From: a virus
DNA length: 64,000 nt
Virus record (IMG/VR): IMGVR_UViG_3300014208_000004
Location: 30,260-94,259 of that record
Reading direction: 5' to 3' (one strand)
Part shown: in pieces, positions 10,157 through 19,933 of the stretch
How the letters are laid out: each line of letters begins with the position of its first letter
Position numbering within the stretch: position 1 is the first letter of the stretch
Made by a program: the position numbers and the translations under genes
Notes under the pieces: model-generated
The model's input: only the letters and a program-made list of their open reading frames with translations
Database searches by the model: none
What the model was told of the DNA's origin: nothing

Positions 10157-10512
10157 CTAAATCTAAAAATAAAAGAACCAACTTTCGATTAACAGAAAAA
10201 ACGTTTATATTCTTGCAGTTATTTAATGGAAACGATTCATTGTTAATGGACAATATTCCAGATCGTCACAACAAAATAGTAATGATGCAGTGGTTACGGA
10301 GAGACGGAATAATAACCGTAGAAAGAGCAAACAATCTTTCACCAAACAGCAAAATAACAAAAGTATTTTTGACTAATAAAGGTAAAGAACAATTTTTAGA
10401 ATATTTTGAAAGGAAAGCCCGTGAGCAAAACTCAGTTAGAAGAAATCGAAAATCTAAAGATAAGACTCAAAGAGGCCGAAACAGTTATCCAGAAAATCAG
10501 TCAAATCTATGA
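10153..10512 (+). CDS. hypothetical protein, possibly winged helix
   Basis: LRRDGII...VFLTNKG MarR-like wing motif. Confidence 0.45.
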   Translation: MTKSKNKRTNFRLTEKTFIFLQLFNGNDSLLMDNIPDRHNKIVMMQWLRRDGIITVERANNLSPNSKITKVFLTNKGKEQFLEYFERKAREQNSVRRNRKSKDKTQRGRNSYPENQSNL

Positions 10513-10636
10513 AGTCAATAAAACCTTATCCGAAGACCAACCGGAGACACCAGAAGGAAACGCATTACTCCATGTTGTAACATTATCAAGAAAATATCTT
10601 AATCCAGCCCCGATACAAAATTTGAAAAATGAATAA
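10421..10636 (+). CDS. hypothetical protein
   Basis: GTG start after AAGGA; coiled-coil character. Confidence 0.45.
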   Translation: MSKTQLEEIENLKIRLKEAETVIQKISQIYEVNKTLSEDQPETPEGNALLHVVTLSRKYLNPAPIQNLKNE

Positions 10637-10651
10637 AATTGCGTAATTTTG
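10621..10651 (+). promoter_or_regulatory. Bacteroidota/FCB-type promoter TTTG-N19-TAATTTTG
   Basis: Matches the -33 TTTG / -7 TAnnTTTG consensus, upstream of KH-TerS-TerL. Confidence 0.55.
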
Positions 10652-10684
10652 AACAATAGAAATACAATTAAAAAGGAAAATATA

Positions 10685-10969
10685 ATGGAAACGCAAACCC
10701 CGGTTCAAAAAGAAAAAAAAGCGAAAGAAACAGTAGAAGCCACAATCCGAAATATAGTTTCATTACTTGTCGATAAAGAATTCCAGATATTTTCCCGTGA
10801 TAACCATGAGAACAACGGAATTGTATTGACAGTGAAAGCAGAAAAAAAAGACTACGGTAAAGTTGTGGGTAAAGAAGGACATACCGCAAACTCAATCCGT
10901 AATATTCTTTCAAGCGTAGGAGCAAAACACGGATTCCGCATCCAATTAGAAGTGCAAGAAAAAGAATAA
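10685..10969 (+). CDS. single KH-domain RNA-binding protein, KhpA/YlqC (UPF0109)-like
   Basis: IVSLLVD...DYGKVVGKEGHTANSIRNILSSVGAK with GxxG loop; AAGGA SD before ATG 10685. Confidence 0.85.
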   Translation: METQTPVQKEKKAKETVEATIRNIVSLLVDKEFQIFSRDNHENNGIVLTVKAEKKDYGKVVGKEGHTANSIRNILSSVGAKHGFRIQLEVQEKE

Positions 10970-10986
10970 TCGGATTGCAAAATACA

Positions 10987-11730
10987 ATGACAGAACAAAC
11001 AGAAAAAATACCAGCCCGTCACAGAAGCCTTGACCAAAATCAAAAAATTCAATTCCGTAAAATGGTAGAGGCTGGGAAGCCTGAAACAACCATTGCAAAA
11101 TACTTTCAAATAACAGTAAGGAACGTTCAGAAGCGAATTAAGGCTATGGGATTGACCCCAAAGGTGAACGAGGAGATAAAGAAAGATATTGTCTCAAAGG
11201 TAAAAGAACTGAAGGCAGCCGAGGCATTTTCAAAAGCAAGCAAGATAACTCAAGATAATTATGACCTAGTACAAAACTTATTTAATAATCTTGCTACTCT
11301 TAATGGATTAATAGAATTAAATAAAAACAGAATTATCCTTGCAGAGAAAATGCGAGGAAAGAATAAAGATGATAGAAAACATCAGGAATTTTTACTCAAA
11401 ACAATATCTGAAATTAATAAGACCGCAGAAACCTTAGTTGACCTTAGAAAGCAATTGTTGAGTGATGAAGAAATAAGGATATTCAAAGATGCAGTCATGT
11501 TATGGATAGAGAATAAAAATCCCGAATTCAAAAAAGAGTTAATCAATGCAATCAACAGTATTCGATTTAGCAGACAACTTAACGGAATCAATAGCCGCAA
11601 CTATTCCACAGGACAACCAGAGCTCTCAGCCCACCCAGCCAATCCTACTTCTAGACAAGGAATCACAGTTTTGGAAGAAGAAGGAGTTTTGGAAGGACGG
11701 GAACCCAGTGGACATTATAGAATTTTGTGA
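10987..11730 (+). CDS. probable terminase small subunit
   Basis: N-terminal HTH (ETTIAKYFQITVRNVQKRI), helical body, overlaps the TerL start. Confidence 0.6.
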   Translation: MTEQTEKIPARHRSLDQNQKIQFRKMVEAGKPETTIAKYFQITVRNVQKRIKAMGLTPKVNEEIKKDIVSKVKELKAAEAFSKASKITQDNYDLVQNLFNNLATLNGLIELNKNRIILAEKMRGKNKDDRKHQEFLLKTISEINKTAETLVDLRKQLLSDEEIRIFKDAVMLWIENKNPEFKKELINAINSIRFSRQLNGINSRNYSTGQPELSAHPANPTSRQGITVLEEEGVLEGREPSGHYRIL

Positions 11731-13573
11731 AATCAAAATTGGTATATTCCCTTCCCCAGTTCAAAAAGAAATACTTTACAAACTTGCCGGACGAGATCCA
11801 TACGAATGGGATACTGAGTATCAACAGTATATCATTGCGGTAGGACAAGGAGGAGGGAAAAATAAATATATCATTGCACCGTTCACCGCATACACAGCCT
11901 ACAAGATAGCCAATATGAAAGACCCTTGGATGTATTTTTCAAGGTTCACCAACGAGAAGATTGACCGATCAACAAAATTTGAAATTACAAACAGTTCCCT
12001 AGTCAACGCGGATCAAGCAGAGACGGTTCACTTTGACAATATGAAGTCATTACTCAGGAGAGTAAAAGACCCGGACGGCCAGAATTGGTTTGAGAAATAT
12101 GCAGGGATGAATATGAATGATAGTTTTGGAGATATTAAAACCGGAACGATTAGTATTCCCACACATATAGGATGTGGAGATATTATCATGTATTCATTCG
12201 ATAGCACACCAACAGCCCCAGAAGGTAAAAGTATTATTCTAGGAATAGTTGACGAGCCAAGCCGAGCCGAGACCAAGGCCACATTCAAAAAAGCAAAACA
12301 ATTATGGAATGTTATTTCAGGAAACCTAAACACACGGTTTGGAAGAAATGTAGGAAAGCAAATTGCACTTTCATATCTCAATAATTCCGAATATGATTTA
12401 ACATATCATTTATTGCAGCAAGCCGAGGAGGAAGATAAATTATTCAAAGGCACTGCAAATAAATCTATAATGTATGCAGTAAACTATTCCACGTTTGACG
12501 TAAATCCAAATGCATCTAAAACCGATCCAGCAGTTGCAAAGATGTATAGAAACGATTTATCAGATGCACAAGCAAGATACGAAGGAGTAAAAGGAACGGC
12601 CAAAGAAGGATTTTTCCAACCATATCCCCAAAAGATCAGAGAATGTTATTTTGACATTGAAAGTCCGGTAAAATATAAATATGGAGTTACAGCCCGACAA
12701 GTTACCAATCCAAGAACAGAACAAGTACAAATAAATAAATTTGTAAAAATAGATTTTGAATCTATCAAAGGAGATAATAAAATCCGTGGATGGGCATACG
12801 ATCCAGCCGAAAAGTACGATGGATTTGTTCTTAAAGGTGGATACATTGAAACAATGGATGAAATGAAAGATGAACTCTTTATCGGCAACCGGGAAGAACT
12901 TATTGTTATTAACCAACGCCCAATAATTGACATTACTATCATTTGGCAGCCACAGAACGGATTAACAGTTGACTTTGAAAATGTTGGAGAAGTACTTGGG
13001 ATACTCATTAAGAAATTCCCAAACAGTAGATTTGCTTACTCTGATAAATGGAACAGTATAAGTTTTAGCCAACAATTCCAGAGCAAAGGAATTTTTAGTG
13101 AAACATTTGGATTTGGAAACGCCCAGCAATTAAAATATTATTCCAAAGTACGATGGATGATGTTTAATAATATTCCGCAATTCGCAAAAAATAATATGTT
13201 GCTGAAGAAAAACGGAGTAGAAAAAACAATAGGAGACTGGGAAATATCTGAATTTGAAAGATTGTTAAAAGAAAATAATCGGGTCGATCATCCAGTTGGA
13301 GGCAGCAAGGATCTCTCGGATAGCAATGTAATTCTTATCAACGGACTCATTGAACTGCAAGGAGCCGGCACGGTAATGAGTGGAGCAAGTTCATTGACCG
13401 ATGTAAAGATAACAGCCCTAGTAGACAGATTTATGGTAGAACGACAGAAATTACGAAATTTGAAAGTAAACCCCAGTTTATTCTTAAAACTCATTGCGGC
13501 CGAGTTAGAGATGAATATGAAAGACATCCAGACCCTTGCAGACCACGTAAATCAATACTTCCCAAATACTTGA
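11546..13573 (+). CDS. terL: terminase large subunit
   Basis: PVDIIEF and SPVQ adenine-binding region, Walker A variant GQGGGKN, Walker B GIVDE, nuclease AYDPA..DGF, DKWNS, VDHPVGGSKDLSD. Confidence 0.88.
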   Translation: MQSTVFDLADNLTESIAATIPQDNQSSQPTQPILLLDKESQFWKKKEFWKDGNPVDIIEFCEIKIGIFPSPVQKEILYKLAGRDPYEWDTEYQQYIIAVGQGGGKNKYIIAPFTAYTAYKIANMKDPWMYFSRFTNEKIDRSTKFEITNSSLVNADQAETVHFDNMKSLLRRVKDPDGQNWFEKYAGMNMNDSFGDIKTGTISIPTHIGCGDIIMYSFDSTPTAPEGKSIILGIVDEPSRAETKATFKKAKQLWNVISGNLNTRFGRNVGKQIALSYLNNSEYDLTYHLLQQAEEEDKLFKGTANKSIMYAVNYSTFDVNPNASKTDPAVAKMYRNDLSDAQARYEGVKGTAKEGFFQPYPQKIRECYFDIESPVKYKYGVTARQVTNPRTEQVQINKFVKIDFESIKGDNKIRGWAYDPAEKYDGFVLKGGYIETMDEMKDELFIGNREELIVINQRPIIDITIIWQPQNGLTVDFENVGEVLGILIKKFPNSRFAYSDKWNSISFSQQFQSKGIFSETFGFGNAQQLKYYSKVRWMMFNNIPQFAKNNMLLKKNGVEKTIGDWEISEFERLLKENNRVDHPVGGSKDLSDSNVILINGLIELQGAGTVMSGASSLTDVKITALVDRFMVERQKLRNLKVNPSLFLKLIAAELEMNMKDIQTLADHVNQYFPNT

Positions 13574-13583
13574 AAATTAACAC

Positions 13584-13613
13584 TTGACAGTATATAAGAT
13601 ATTTAGGTATATT
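13584..13613 (+). promoter_or_regulatory. strong promoter TTGACA-N18-TATATT with ATAAGATA in the spacer
   Basis: Intergenic; same architecture at 19856 and 30722. Confidence 0.7.
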
Positions 13614-13649
13614 CCAGTAGATAGAAATCACAACGATAGAGAATAGCTA

Positions 13650-13832
13650 ATGGCAAGATCAACAAAAATTCAATACCTTCAAAACGAATACAAACGGGAA
13701 ATTACTCTTTGTCAAATAAGAATTGATGAAGAAAAAAGTAATGGAATAATGATTTTAACAGAAGTTGAAAAAGCAAAAATAGAACTTTATCAACAACTGA
13801 TTAAAGACATTGACAAACTCAAAACACAATAA
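13650..13832 (+). CDS. hypothetical protein
   Basis: First ORF after the promoter. Confidence 0.55.
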   Translation: MARSTKIQYLQNEYKREITLCQIRIDEEKSNGIMILTEVEKAKIELYQQLIKDIDKLKTQ

Positions 13833-13846
13833 CAGGAGACATACAG

Positions 13847-14251
13847 ATGACAGACAGAGGATCACAATCAGCATTCCCCTCAGATGGAAGCGGAATAACA
13901 ATCCGAGAGTATTTTGCGGCACAAGCACCCAAAGTTCCTGATTTTTTTGTTCCAAAAGTTTCACCTTGTCCACCAACCGGAGAAACTATTTATCAATATG
14001 TAGCCAAAAATAGACTGTCGGAATATACTGCTAAGTATTATAGTTGGGAAGATGATGAATGGCATGATGATAAAAACGAAGTTCCAGAGAAGGTAAAGCA
14101 AAATATAAAAAATGTTCAAGAGGCTTTCAAATTAAGGAAAGCTGAAATTGAAAAATGGAACATGATGTATGAAATGCAAAAAGTTGTTCAGTGGGCATAT
14201 TTTTACGCCGATCAAATGATATTAGCCGGACAAAAACCAGTGCAGGAATAA
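13847..14251 (+). CDS. conserved phage hypothetical protein (GMTLRDYFAA-type family)
   Basis: AFP..GITIREYFAAQA ... AYFYADQMI; AGGAG SD. Confidence 0.75.
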   Translation: MTDRGSQSAFPSDGSGITIREYFAAQAPKVPDFFVPKVSPCPPTGETIYQYVAKNRLSEYTAKYYSWEDDEWHDDKNEVPEKVKQNIKNVQEAFKLRKAEIEKWNMMYEMQKVVQWAYFYADQMILAGQKPVQE

Positions 14252-14253
14252 AA

Positions 14254-14628
14254 ATGTCACTCCCAGATAAAACAATCATTCAACAACTCTTAAAAGCATA
14301 CCCGGAATCACGAGACGATGAACACAGACTCTATGAATTATACGTTTCAGCAAAAGGGATGGACGTAGAGAAAGTAAAATTTGCAGTAGTAATATTCAAA
14401 ATGAAAAAAGGCAAACTATGTTCATTTGAAAGCATTGCGCGAATGAGAAGAATGATACAGATGAAAGAACCTGCCTTGCGAGGGGAAAATTACGGACACC
14501 GGAAAGAGATGGAAAAGAAAGTCAAACGCCAGATGATTGAAGAAAAACCGATTAACACAGCAATTGTAAATTCAAACATTGACAATAGTATCCGTAGACA
14601 AGATACTCCATTATCATTATTCCCATGA
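14254..14628 (+). CDS. hypothetical protein
   Basis: PESRDD..L and SFESIARMRRMIQ...LRG pattern recurrent in phage proteins. Confidence 0.6.
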   Translation: MSLPDKTIIQQLLKAYPESRDDEHRLYELYVSAKGMDVEKVKFAVVIFKMKKGKLCSFESIARMRRMIQMKEPALRGENYGHRKEMEKKVKRQMIEEKPINTAIVNSNIDNSIRRQDTPLSLFP

Positions 14629-14861
14629 GCAACCTTCTCACATACAAAACAAAATCCGGGAACAAGCGTAATTGTAATAAGCGATGTTACGACAGCAAGA
14701 GCAATCATGCTAATTGTAAATGTATCTGCCATGGACACAATCATGGACGAGGATTAGATCAAGCAAAAATATTAACCAAAAAATACAAAGATCGATGGAT
14801 TAAGGCAGAACAAACAAAAGAGGACACTGTCCAGACATCGTTATTGGATGAATTAAAATAA
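14625..14861 (+). CDS. Cys/His-rich metal-binding protein
   Basis: CNKRCY....CKCICHGHNHG. Confidence 0.6.
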   Translation: MSNLLTYKTKSGNKRNCNKRCYDSKSNHANCKCICHGHNHGRGLDQAKILTKKYKDRWIKAEQTKEDTVQTSLLDELK

Positions 14862-14862
14862 T

Positions 14863-15207
14863 ATGAAAAAAATAAACAAACCAACGCTTCATGTGGGAGA
14901 CAAAATAGCTGTTTGTGAACGGGAGATAAAGTTGCCAAATCTTTTAATGATGGAGGGAATGGAACAATCTGTCTATGAATTATACGCAGAAGAAAACAAT
15001 CTTAAATTTTGTCAAATATGCAGGACAATATTGTTTACTGGGAAATTTTCTTTTCTCAATCGGATGGATGCACATACAAGCGTAGTAATTCCAGCAGAAT
15101 TTGAGCGATCACTCAGCACAACAATCAGTGCAAAGAAAAAAAAATCTAACAAAATATTTGAAATAGAAAAAGAAGGAGATAATTACAGGGTATGGAGAAG
15201 AAAGTAA
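14863..15207 (+). CDS. hypothetical DNA-binding protein
   Basis: C-terminal KIFEI....YRVWRR motif; CxxC. Confidence 0.55.
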   Translation: MKKINKPTLHVGDKIAVCEREIKLPNLLMMEGMEQSVYELYAEENNLKFCQICRTILFTGKFSFLNRMDAHTSVVIPAEFERSLSTTISAKKKKSNKIFEIEKEGDNYRVWRRK

Positions 15208-15422
15208 GATTTTTTGAAATAGACAAAACAACAGTTCCAACCAAGAAATTGCCAATGGTAGAGAATGTTCAATTTCTTGTACCAAAGGGATACAAGAAAC
15301 TATTCCTTAAATTATGCAAGGAACAAAAAACAAACCCCACAGACAAGCTCAGGAATTATTATATTGAAGAACTTCAAATGGCAGGGAAACTCAAAACCAA
15401 CAAAAAAAATAATAAGGAATAA
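15192..15422 (+). CDS. ribbon-helix-helix-like protein
   Basis: VQFLVP..YKKLF...C......TDKLRNYY. Confidence 0.5.
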   Translation: MEKKVRFFEIDKTTVPTKKLPMVENVQFLVPKGYKKLFLKLCKEQKTNPTDKLRNYYIEELQMAGKLKTNKKNNKE

Positions 15423-15428
15423 AGTTTT

Positions 15429-15734
15429 ATGAAAACAACAGTATTGGGTAATCGCATCATTGTAGAAAAAGAAGAAGGATACAAACCAACCGCCGGAGGA
15501 TTGCTCTTGAAGACCGATTCCGTATGGAATAAATTTGCAATCGGAGAAGTAAAACTTGCAGGAGAAGGAGTATACGATCAGGCCGGATATTTCCGGGAGA
15601 ACAAAGTAAAAGCGGGGGACATTATTTTATACGATCAATCGGCAAGGAAACAAATATCAATTGAAGGTAAAGAATATTTTCATATCTTTGAAGGTGATGT
15701 TGTGGCAATAGTTGACCCTTTGGATGAAAATTGA
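15429..15734 (+). CDS. groES: co-chaperonin GroES (Cpn10)
   Basis: LGNRIIV, mobile loop TAGGLLL, GEVKLAGEG, VKAGDIILY, IEGKEY, EGDVVAIV. Confidence 0.9.
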   Translation: MKTTVLGNRIIVEKEEGYKPTAGGLLLKTDSVWNKFAIGEVKLAGEGVYDQAGYFRENKVKAGDIILYDQSARKQISIEGKEYFHIFEGDVVAIVDPLDEN

Positions 15735-15839
15735 CTTTACGACCGCTAACTATGCGCGGGTTAAAACGTGCTGACAAAAAACGCTTTAGGGCGTTGGACA
15801 ATTAACTGAAAATAATTTTATGACTGAAAACAATTTAGG

Positions 15840-15944
15840 GCAGGAAAGTTTTTTGGAAGCGAAATAAGTAAAGAGTATTGCGAGATTGCCGAAAAGCGAT
15901 TAGCACCATACCGAGCGCAGGGAGCGTTGGCGTTGACAACATAA
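15840..15944 (+). pseudogene. C-terminal remnant of an N4/N6 DNA methyltransferase
   Basis: Hand translation GKFFGSEISKEYCEIAEKRLAPYRAQGALALTT-stop; no in-frame start. Confidence 0.65.
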
Positions 15945-16069
15945 CGTCTTGTTAATCTGAATTAAGTTTTTACACAATAAAATCAATACGAGAATTATAT
16001 GATTTCTAAAACTTGGCAAGAACTCTTTAACAGAGAATTGAAATTTATTGAAACAAAAAGAGCCGCATA

Positions 16070-17485
16070 ATGTCAATTGACCCAAGTAAGGACATATTCG
16101 ATACACCCGAAAGCATTATTGACTATTGCCAGCGTTATCTTAGTTTAGTTGAAAAACTTAATCAAGAGAAACTCAAAGATGCAACCCGAACTCCAACGCC
16201 CGGACTTATTTGCAAAGAACTTGAGATAACTATGGAACAATATTTGGATCTCAAAGACTTTGCAGAGAACGATTTTGGAGAATGGCACGCTACTCATATT
16301 ATGATGCAGCCCCATACAAAACTTGGATGGGACGGTAAAGAAATAAAACCATTAGAGTGATGAACTTACTTGAACATCTTATAAAAAATCCCCAGACGGC
16401 AATAGTGCCGAACAATGCGTTAATAGGGAGCCAAGTAGCATGGACAATTCAAGAACTTATCCATGTAAGCCCGGCAATGTACGAACTATTAAACGATACC
16501 GGGATGGACAATCAAGAATTGTATTTCATTGCCCAGAACATTGAAGTAACATTTCCACCAAAGACAACTCTTGTTACACAATTAATAATCTCAAGCATCA
16601 ATAAGGAACTTCAACAACGATTCAAAAAAATACACGGAGAACAGCATGTCACACGGTAAAGAAGTAATCACAAAAATGAAACAAAAATACTCAGAACAAA
16701 AAGCGAAACAGGAGGCACTTGTAAATTTTGCACAGGAAGCCGTAAGATTTTGGTACCGAGCGAACGAGAGGGTAAAGAAAATTCACAAGAAAACACTCTT
16801 TGATATAGTATTTCAACAAACAACGGATGTTTTTCTTGGAAGAACATCGGTAATCCAATGGCTTTCTATCTCCCCGATTAAAAAATTGCGAAAAATTGCT
16901 GTTTGGATATTAAAACGCATGGGTCAGAAAACTATTAATGATATCCGGTACGAAAATATTTGTACGTATTTACATGAATTTAACAAATGGCAAATTGAGG
17001 CAATCATGGGAGGACAGGTAAAACTTTCCCCGGCACAGATTGCAGTTGTCATCGGCATCAAAGAAGATGAAGTCAGAAGTATGGTTCAAGAACTTGCAAA
17101 AGAGATTGAAGAATTTGAAAAGAAATCCAGCGATGAATTAATTGCCAGAGAAAAGGCACGATCAAACCAGCATTCACTTGACAGAACAGTCAATACCCAA
17201 AAATAATCATTTATGCCATCCCCAGAAAGACTTGCTCATTTACGGAAACGGGATCAATACTATATGGATCAATACCAGCAAGAACACCCGCAAATAACAA
17301 GGTTTAAGTTAAGAGTACAAGCATCCGAAAAAGCACGAGCAATACTGAAGAAATGTAAACCCCCAGAACCAACACTGGGGGAAATAGCAAAATTATTTTT
17401 CTTTGCCTTAATCAAAAAAATAGGTTACTTTTGTATAAAGAAACCAACAAAAAGGGTAAAGAAAAATGCCAATAGAAATGGATGA
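16070..17485 (+). CDS. cluster of four hypothetical proteins (16070-16360, 16357-16659, 16646-17206, 17213-17485)
   Basis: Abutting or overlapping + strand ORFs; the first (TPESI...PTPGLICKELEI) resembles gp3-like packaging or HTH proteins. Confidence 0.55.
17402..17433 (+). promoter_or_regulatory. FCB-type promoter TTTG-N20-TACTTTTG upstream of portal
   Basis: Consensus match about 30 bp before the portal ATG. Confidence 0.55.
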
Positions 17486-19241
17486 AATTCCCGCCGTTAC
17501 ACCGAACAATATCCCGATGGATTATCTTAATAAGATTATCAAAGCAAACGAACAGCAATCAGCAAAAATTGATGAACTTCTAAAGACCAATCCAAAACTA
17601 TCAAAAGACTACGAAGAATTTTCCAATAAACAGGCAGCAAAAAACGCCGAGCAAACCCGCCAAGAACAAAATGACCTAGTATCCATGATATTTGATTCTA
17701 TTTATGCACCAGGGACAACCTTGGATGATAAAGGATTCAAGTGGATTGATAACGCAATCGGTAGACGAGTACCATACGGATATTTACGCAAAGCCGGACG
17801 AACAGAAGTTCCAAGGATGATAAAAAATCTAAGAAGGTATCAACTCACAGAGTACGGAGAACTTGCAGCCCGGAAACAATATGGTAAAGAAGTAGGATTT
17901 TGCCTAGAATGGATAGACCCGCAATTCAAACCAACCAAGGATCAGGAAAAACGCAGAATATTTTTTGAAAAAGAAATTCACTCAAATTTTTTCTATCCGG
18001 CCAACGCCAGCATTCCGAGCTTTATACAATTCCTTGGACAAGCATACGAAGATTATTTTGACTACGATGATATCACTTTCAAAATAATTCGGGATGGAAT
18101 GAACAACCCCATTGCCTTACAGCTAGAAGACCCGACCATTTATAAAGCCACAGTGCCAAAAGTAAAAAATTATTTACGTTATGACCGAGCGTTTCTGCAG
18201 GACGTAACGGAAAAGCTTCCATTAGAATCAGAGCCGTTAGAGTATGATTATATTTTACGATTTGACGGCCAGACCAAACAAGCATTCACACGAGACAATC
18301 TTTATAAATCTCATTTTTTTGTCCAGACCGATTCAGCCATGTATAAAACAGGCTTTTCGATCATGGAACAAGCAATCAATACTCTTTCCATAATCTTAAA
18401 TGCAACTGCATTCAATGCAAGCAATTTTTCAAACAACAGAACACCTACTGGACTACTTGCAATTACAGGAGGAGTAACAAACCAATTGCAAATTGAGAAG
18501 TTAAAAAAACTTTTCTGGGCACAAATGACAGGAGCAAGTAGCCAGCATAAAATTCCAATAGTAGGACTTCCAGAAAAAGGAGATGCAAAATGGGTATCAG
18601 TCCATGGCACTGCAAAGGAGATGGAATTCTATGTAGGACTTACTTTATTCTATTCAATCGTATACGCATTATCCGGGACAGACCCGAATGAATCAAGCCT
18701 TGCAAACTTTCACGATACTCAGAAGACAGGAGGATTGACCGAGGAGAACAAGGATGGAATATATCGAAAATCAAAAGATACAGGGCTAGTAACATTCACG
18801 GCCTATGTAAAAGGAATGCTAAATATTCCAATGACAGATGGATCAACAATTTGGGAACAAGCAACCGGACTCCCGGTAAGAATTGGTATCAAAGGTATTG
18901 CTGAAGAAAACATGGATGCAAAGATGAAAGTCAATGCACAGCGATTGAAAGTTGATGCAAGCTACAACGAAATCCGAAAAGAGAATGGCCAGCCAGAAGA
19001 AGAATATCTTGTTGAAACACCAAACGGAAAAATAAATATTTATGATGTTGTAGGATTAGTAGACCAATCAATAAATAGCTTTATTAAAGCAGATGTTCAA
19101 GCCGTTCAACAAGAAAAACAGCAACAACAAGCAATGGAGCAACAGCAACTTGCAGCAGAGCAACAGGCAAACGCAGAACAAGAACAATATTCCGCAGAAG
19201 ACGAATCTCTCATTCAACAATATGGGTCACCACAAGAATAG
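17466..19241 (+). CDS. portal protein (SPO1/Twort-like)
   Basis: PIALQLEDPT, GFSIMEQA...FNASNFSNNRTPTGLL, KIPIV, DAKWV, EMEF, GTDPNE, SKDTGL, YNEIRKENG; Q-rich tail. Confidence 0.88.
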   Translation: MPIEMDEIPAVTPNNIPMDYLNKIIKANEQQSAKIDELLKTNPKLSKDYEEFSNKQAAKNAEQTRQEQNDLVSMIFDSIYAPGTTLDDKGFKWIDNAIGRRVPYGYLRKAGRTEVPRMIKNLRRYQLTEYGELAARKQYGKEVGFCLEWIDPQFKPTKDQEKRRIFFEKEIHSNFFYPANASIPSFIQFLGQAYEDYFDYDDITFKIIRDGMNNPIALQLEDPTIYKATVPKVKNYLRYDRAFLQDVTEKLPLESEPLEYDYILRFDGQTKQAFTRDNLYKSHFFVQTDSAMYKTGFSIMEQAINTLSIILNATAFNASNFSNNRTPTGLLAITGGVTNQLQIEKLKKLFWAQMTGASSQHKIPIVGLPEKGDAKWVSVHGTAKEMEFYVGLTLFYSIVYALSGTDPNESSLANFHDTQKTGGLTEENKDGIYRKSKDTGLVTFTAYVKGMLNIPMTDGSTIWEQATGLPVRIGIKGIAEENMDAKMKVNAQRLKVDASYNEIRKENGQPEEEYLVETPNGKINIYDVVGLVDQSINSFIKADVQAVQQEKQQQQAMEQQQLAAEQQANAEQEQYSAEDESLIQQYGSPQE

Positions 19242-19243
19242 CC

Positions 19244-19336
19244 ATGGAAATAATAATTAGTGTGATAGCCTTACTTACAATTTTATGCATTAAAATATTT
19301 CACATTATTTATAACTATCCAAAAATTGACGAATAA
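19244..19336 (+). CDS. small single-TM peptide (30 aa)
   Basis: Hand-translated MEIIISVIALLTILCIKIFH... Confidence 0.4.
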   Translation: MEIIISVIALLTILCIKIFHIIYNYPKIDE

Positions 19337-19367
19337 TATTTAATAATTAATAAAAAAGGATAACACA

Positions 19368-19784
19368 ATGAAAAAGATTTTATTTTTAGTAATACTAACC
19401 ATAGGGATATTATCGGCGCAAGACATAGAAGTATTCAACAATAAAACATTGATAAACAGTCAAAGCGATACAAGCGCAGTTATTATAGACGTACCAACCT
19501 TCAAACAAATTTCAGGATTTTTTTCCAGCAATGATAGCACCAATGGTATACTTTATACTGATTATCGATTAAAAGACGGACAAAAATTTGCGGTGGCAAC
19601 CGCAGAAACCATTACGGTAGCCAGCTCCACGGGAGCAGGATACGGAACAGCTATTCGCAGTCATTGGAATGACAAAGTTCCAGGATCACATCAGTTGCGA
19701 TTCAGATTTGTTACCTTGTCCAGCGGTAATAATACTCAGGCAACCATAAAAAGATATAATTTTAATTTAAGTATAGAAAAATAA
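19368..19784 (+). CDS. exported beta-rich protein with Sec signal peptide
   Basis: MKKILFLVILTIGILSA-Q signal peptide; AAGGA SD. Confidence 0.7.
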   Translation: MKKILFLVILTIGILSAQDIEVFNNKTLINSQSDTSAVIIDVPTFKQISGFFSSNDSTNGILYTDYRLKDGQKFAVATAETITVASSTGAGYGTAIRSHWNDKVPGSHQLRFRFVTLSSGNNTQATIKRYNFNLSIEK

Positions 19785-19809
19785 CCAATCCAACAGAGCG
19801 CAATACCCG

Positions 19810-19844
19810 AAGCCCTACCCTAAAAAGTAGGGCTTATTTATTTC
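19810..19844 (+). terminator. intrinsic terminator
   Basis: Stem AAGCCCTAC/GTAGGGCTT, 8-nt loop, T-rich tail. Confidence 0.8.
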
Positions 19845-19933
19845 TAAAATAGGGCTTGACAATAAATAAGATAAAGATGTATATTACAGCAGACAGAAAA
19901 ACAACCCATACACATAATAGACAGGAGATAATC
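19837..19933 (+). promoter_or_regulatory. promoter/leader cassette, copy A (TTGACA 19856, TATATT 19880)
   Basis: 37/38 identical to 30703-30740, with further similarity through the SD. Confidence 0.75.

Noticed and set aside
11546-13573. Intein or intron in TerL
   Set aside because: No C-x...HN-C/S/T splice motifs seen and the ORF is continuous.
19100-19200. CAA/CAG-rich stretch at the end of the portal gene
   Set aside because: Low-complexity Gln-rich tail common in portals; not a DNA repeat element.
19856-19933. TTG-start N-terminal extensions MTINKI of ORFs 19856 and 30722
   Set aside because: The TTG is the -35 box of the repeated promoter; SD-supported ATGs lie at 19934 and 30803.
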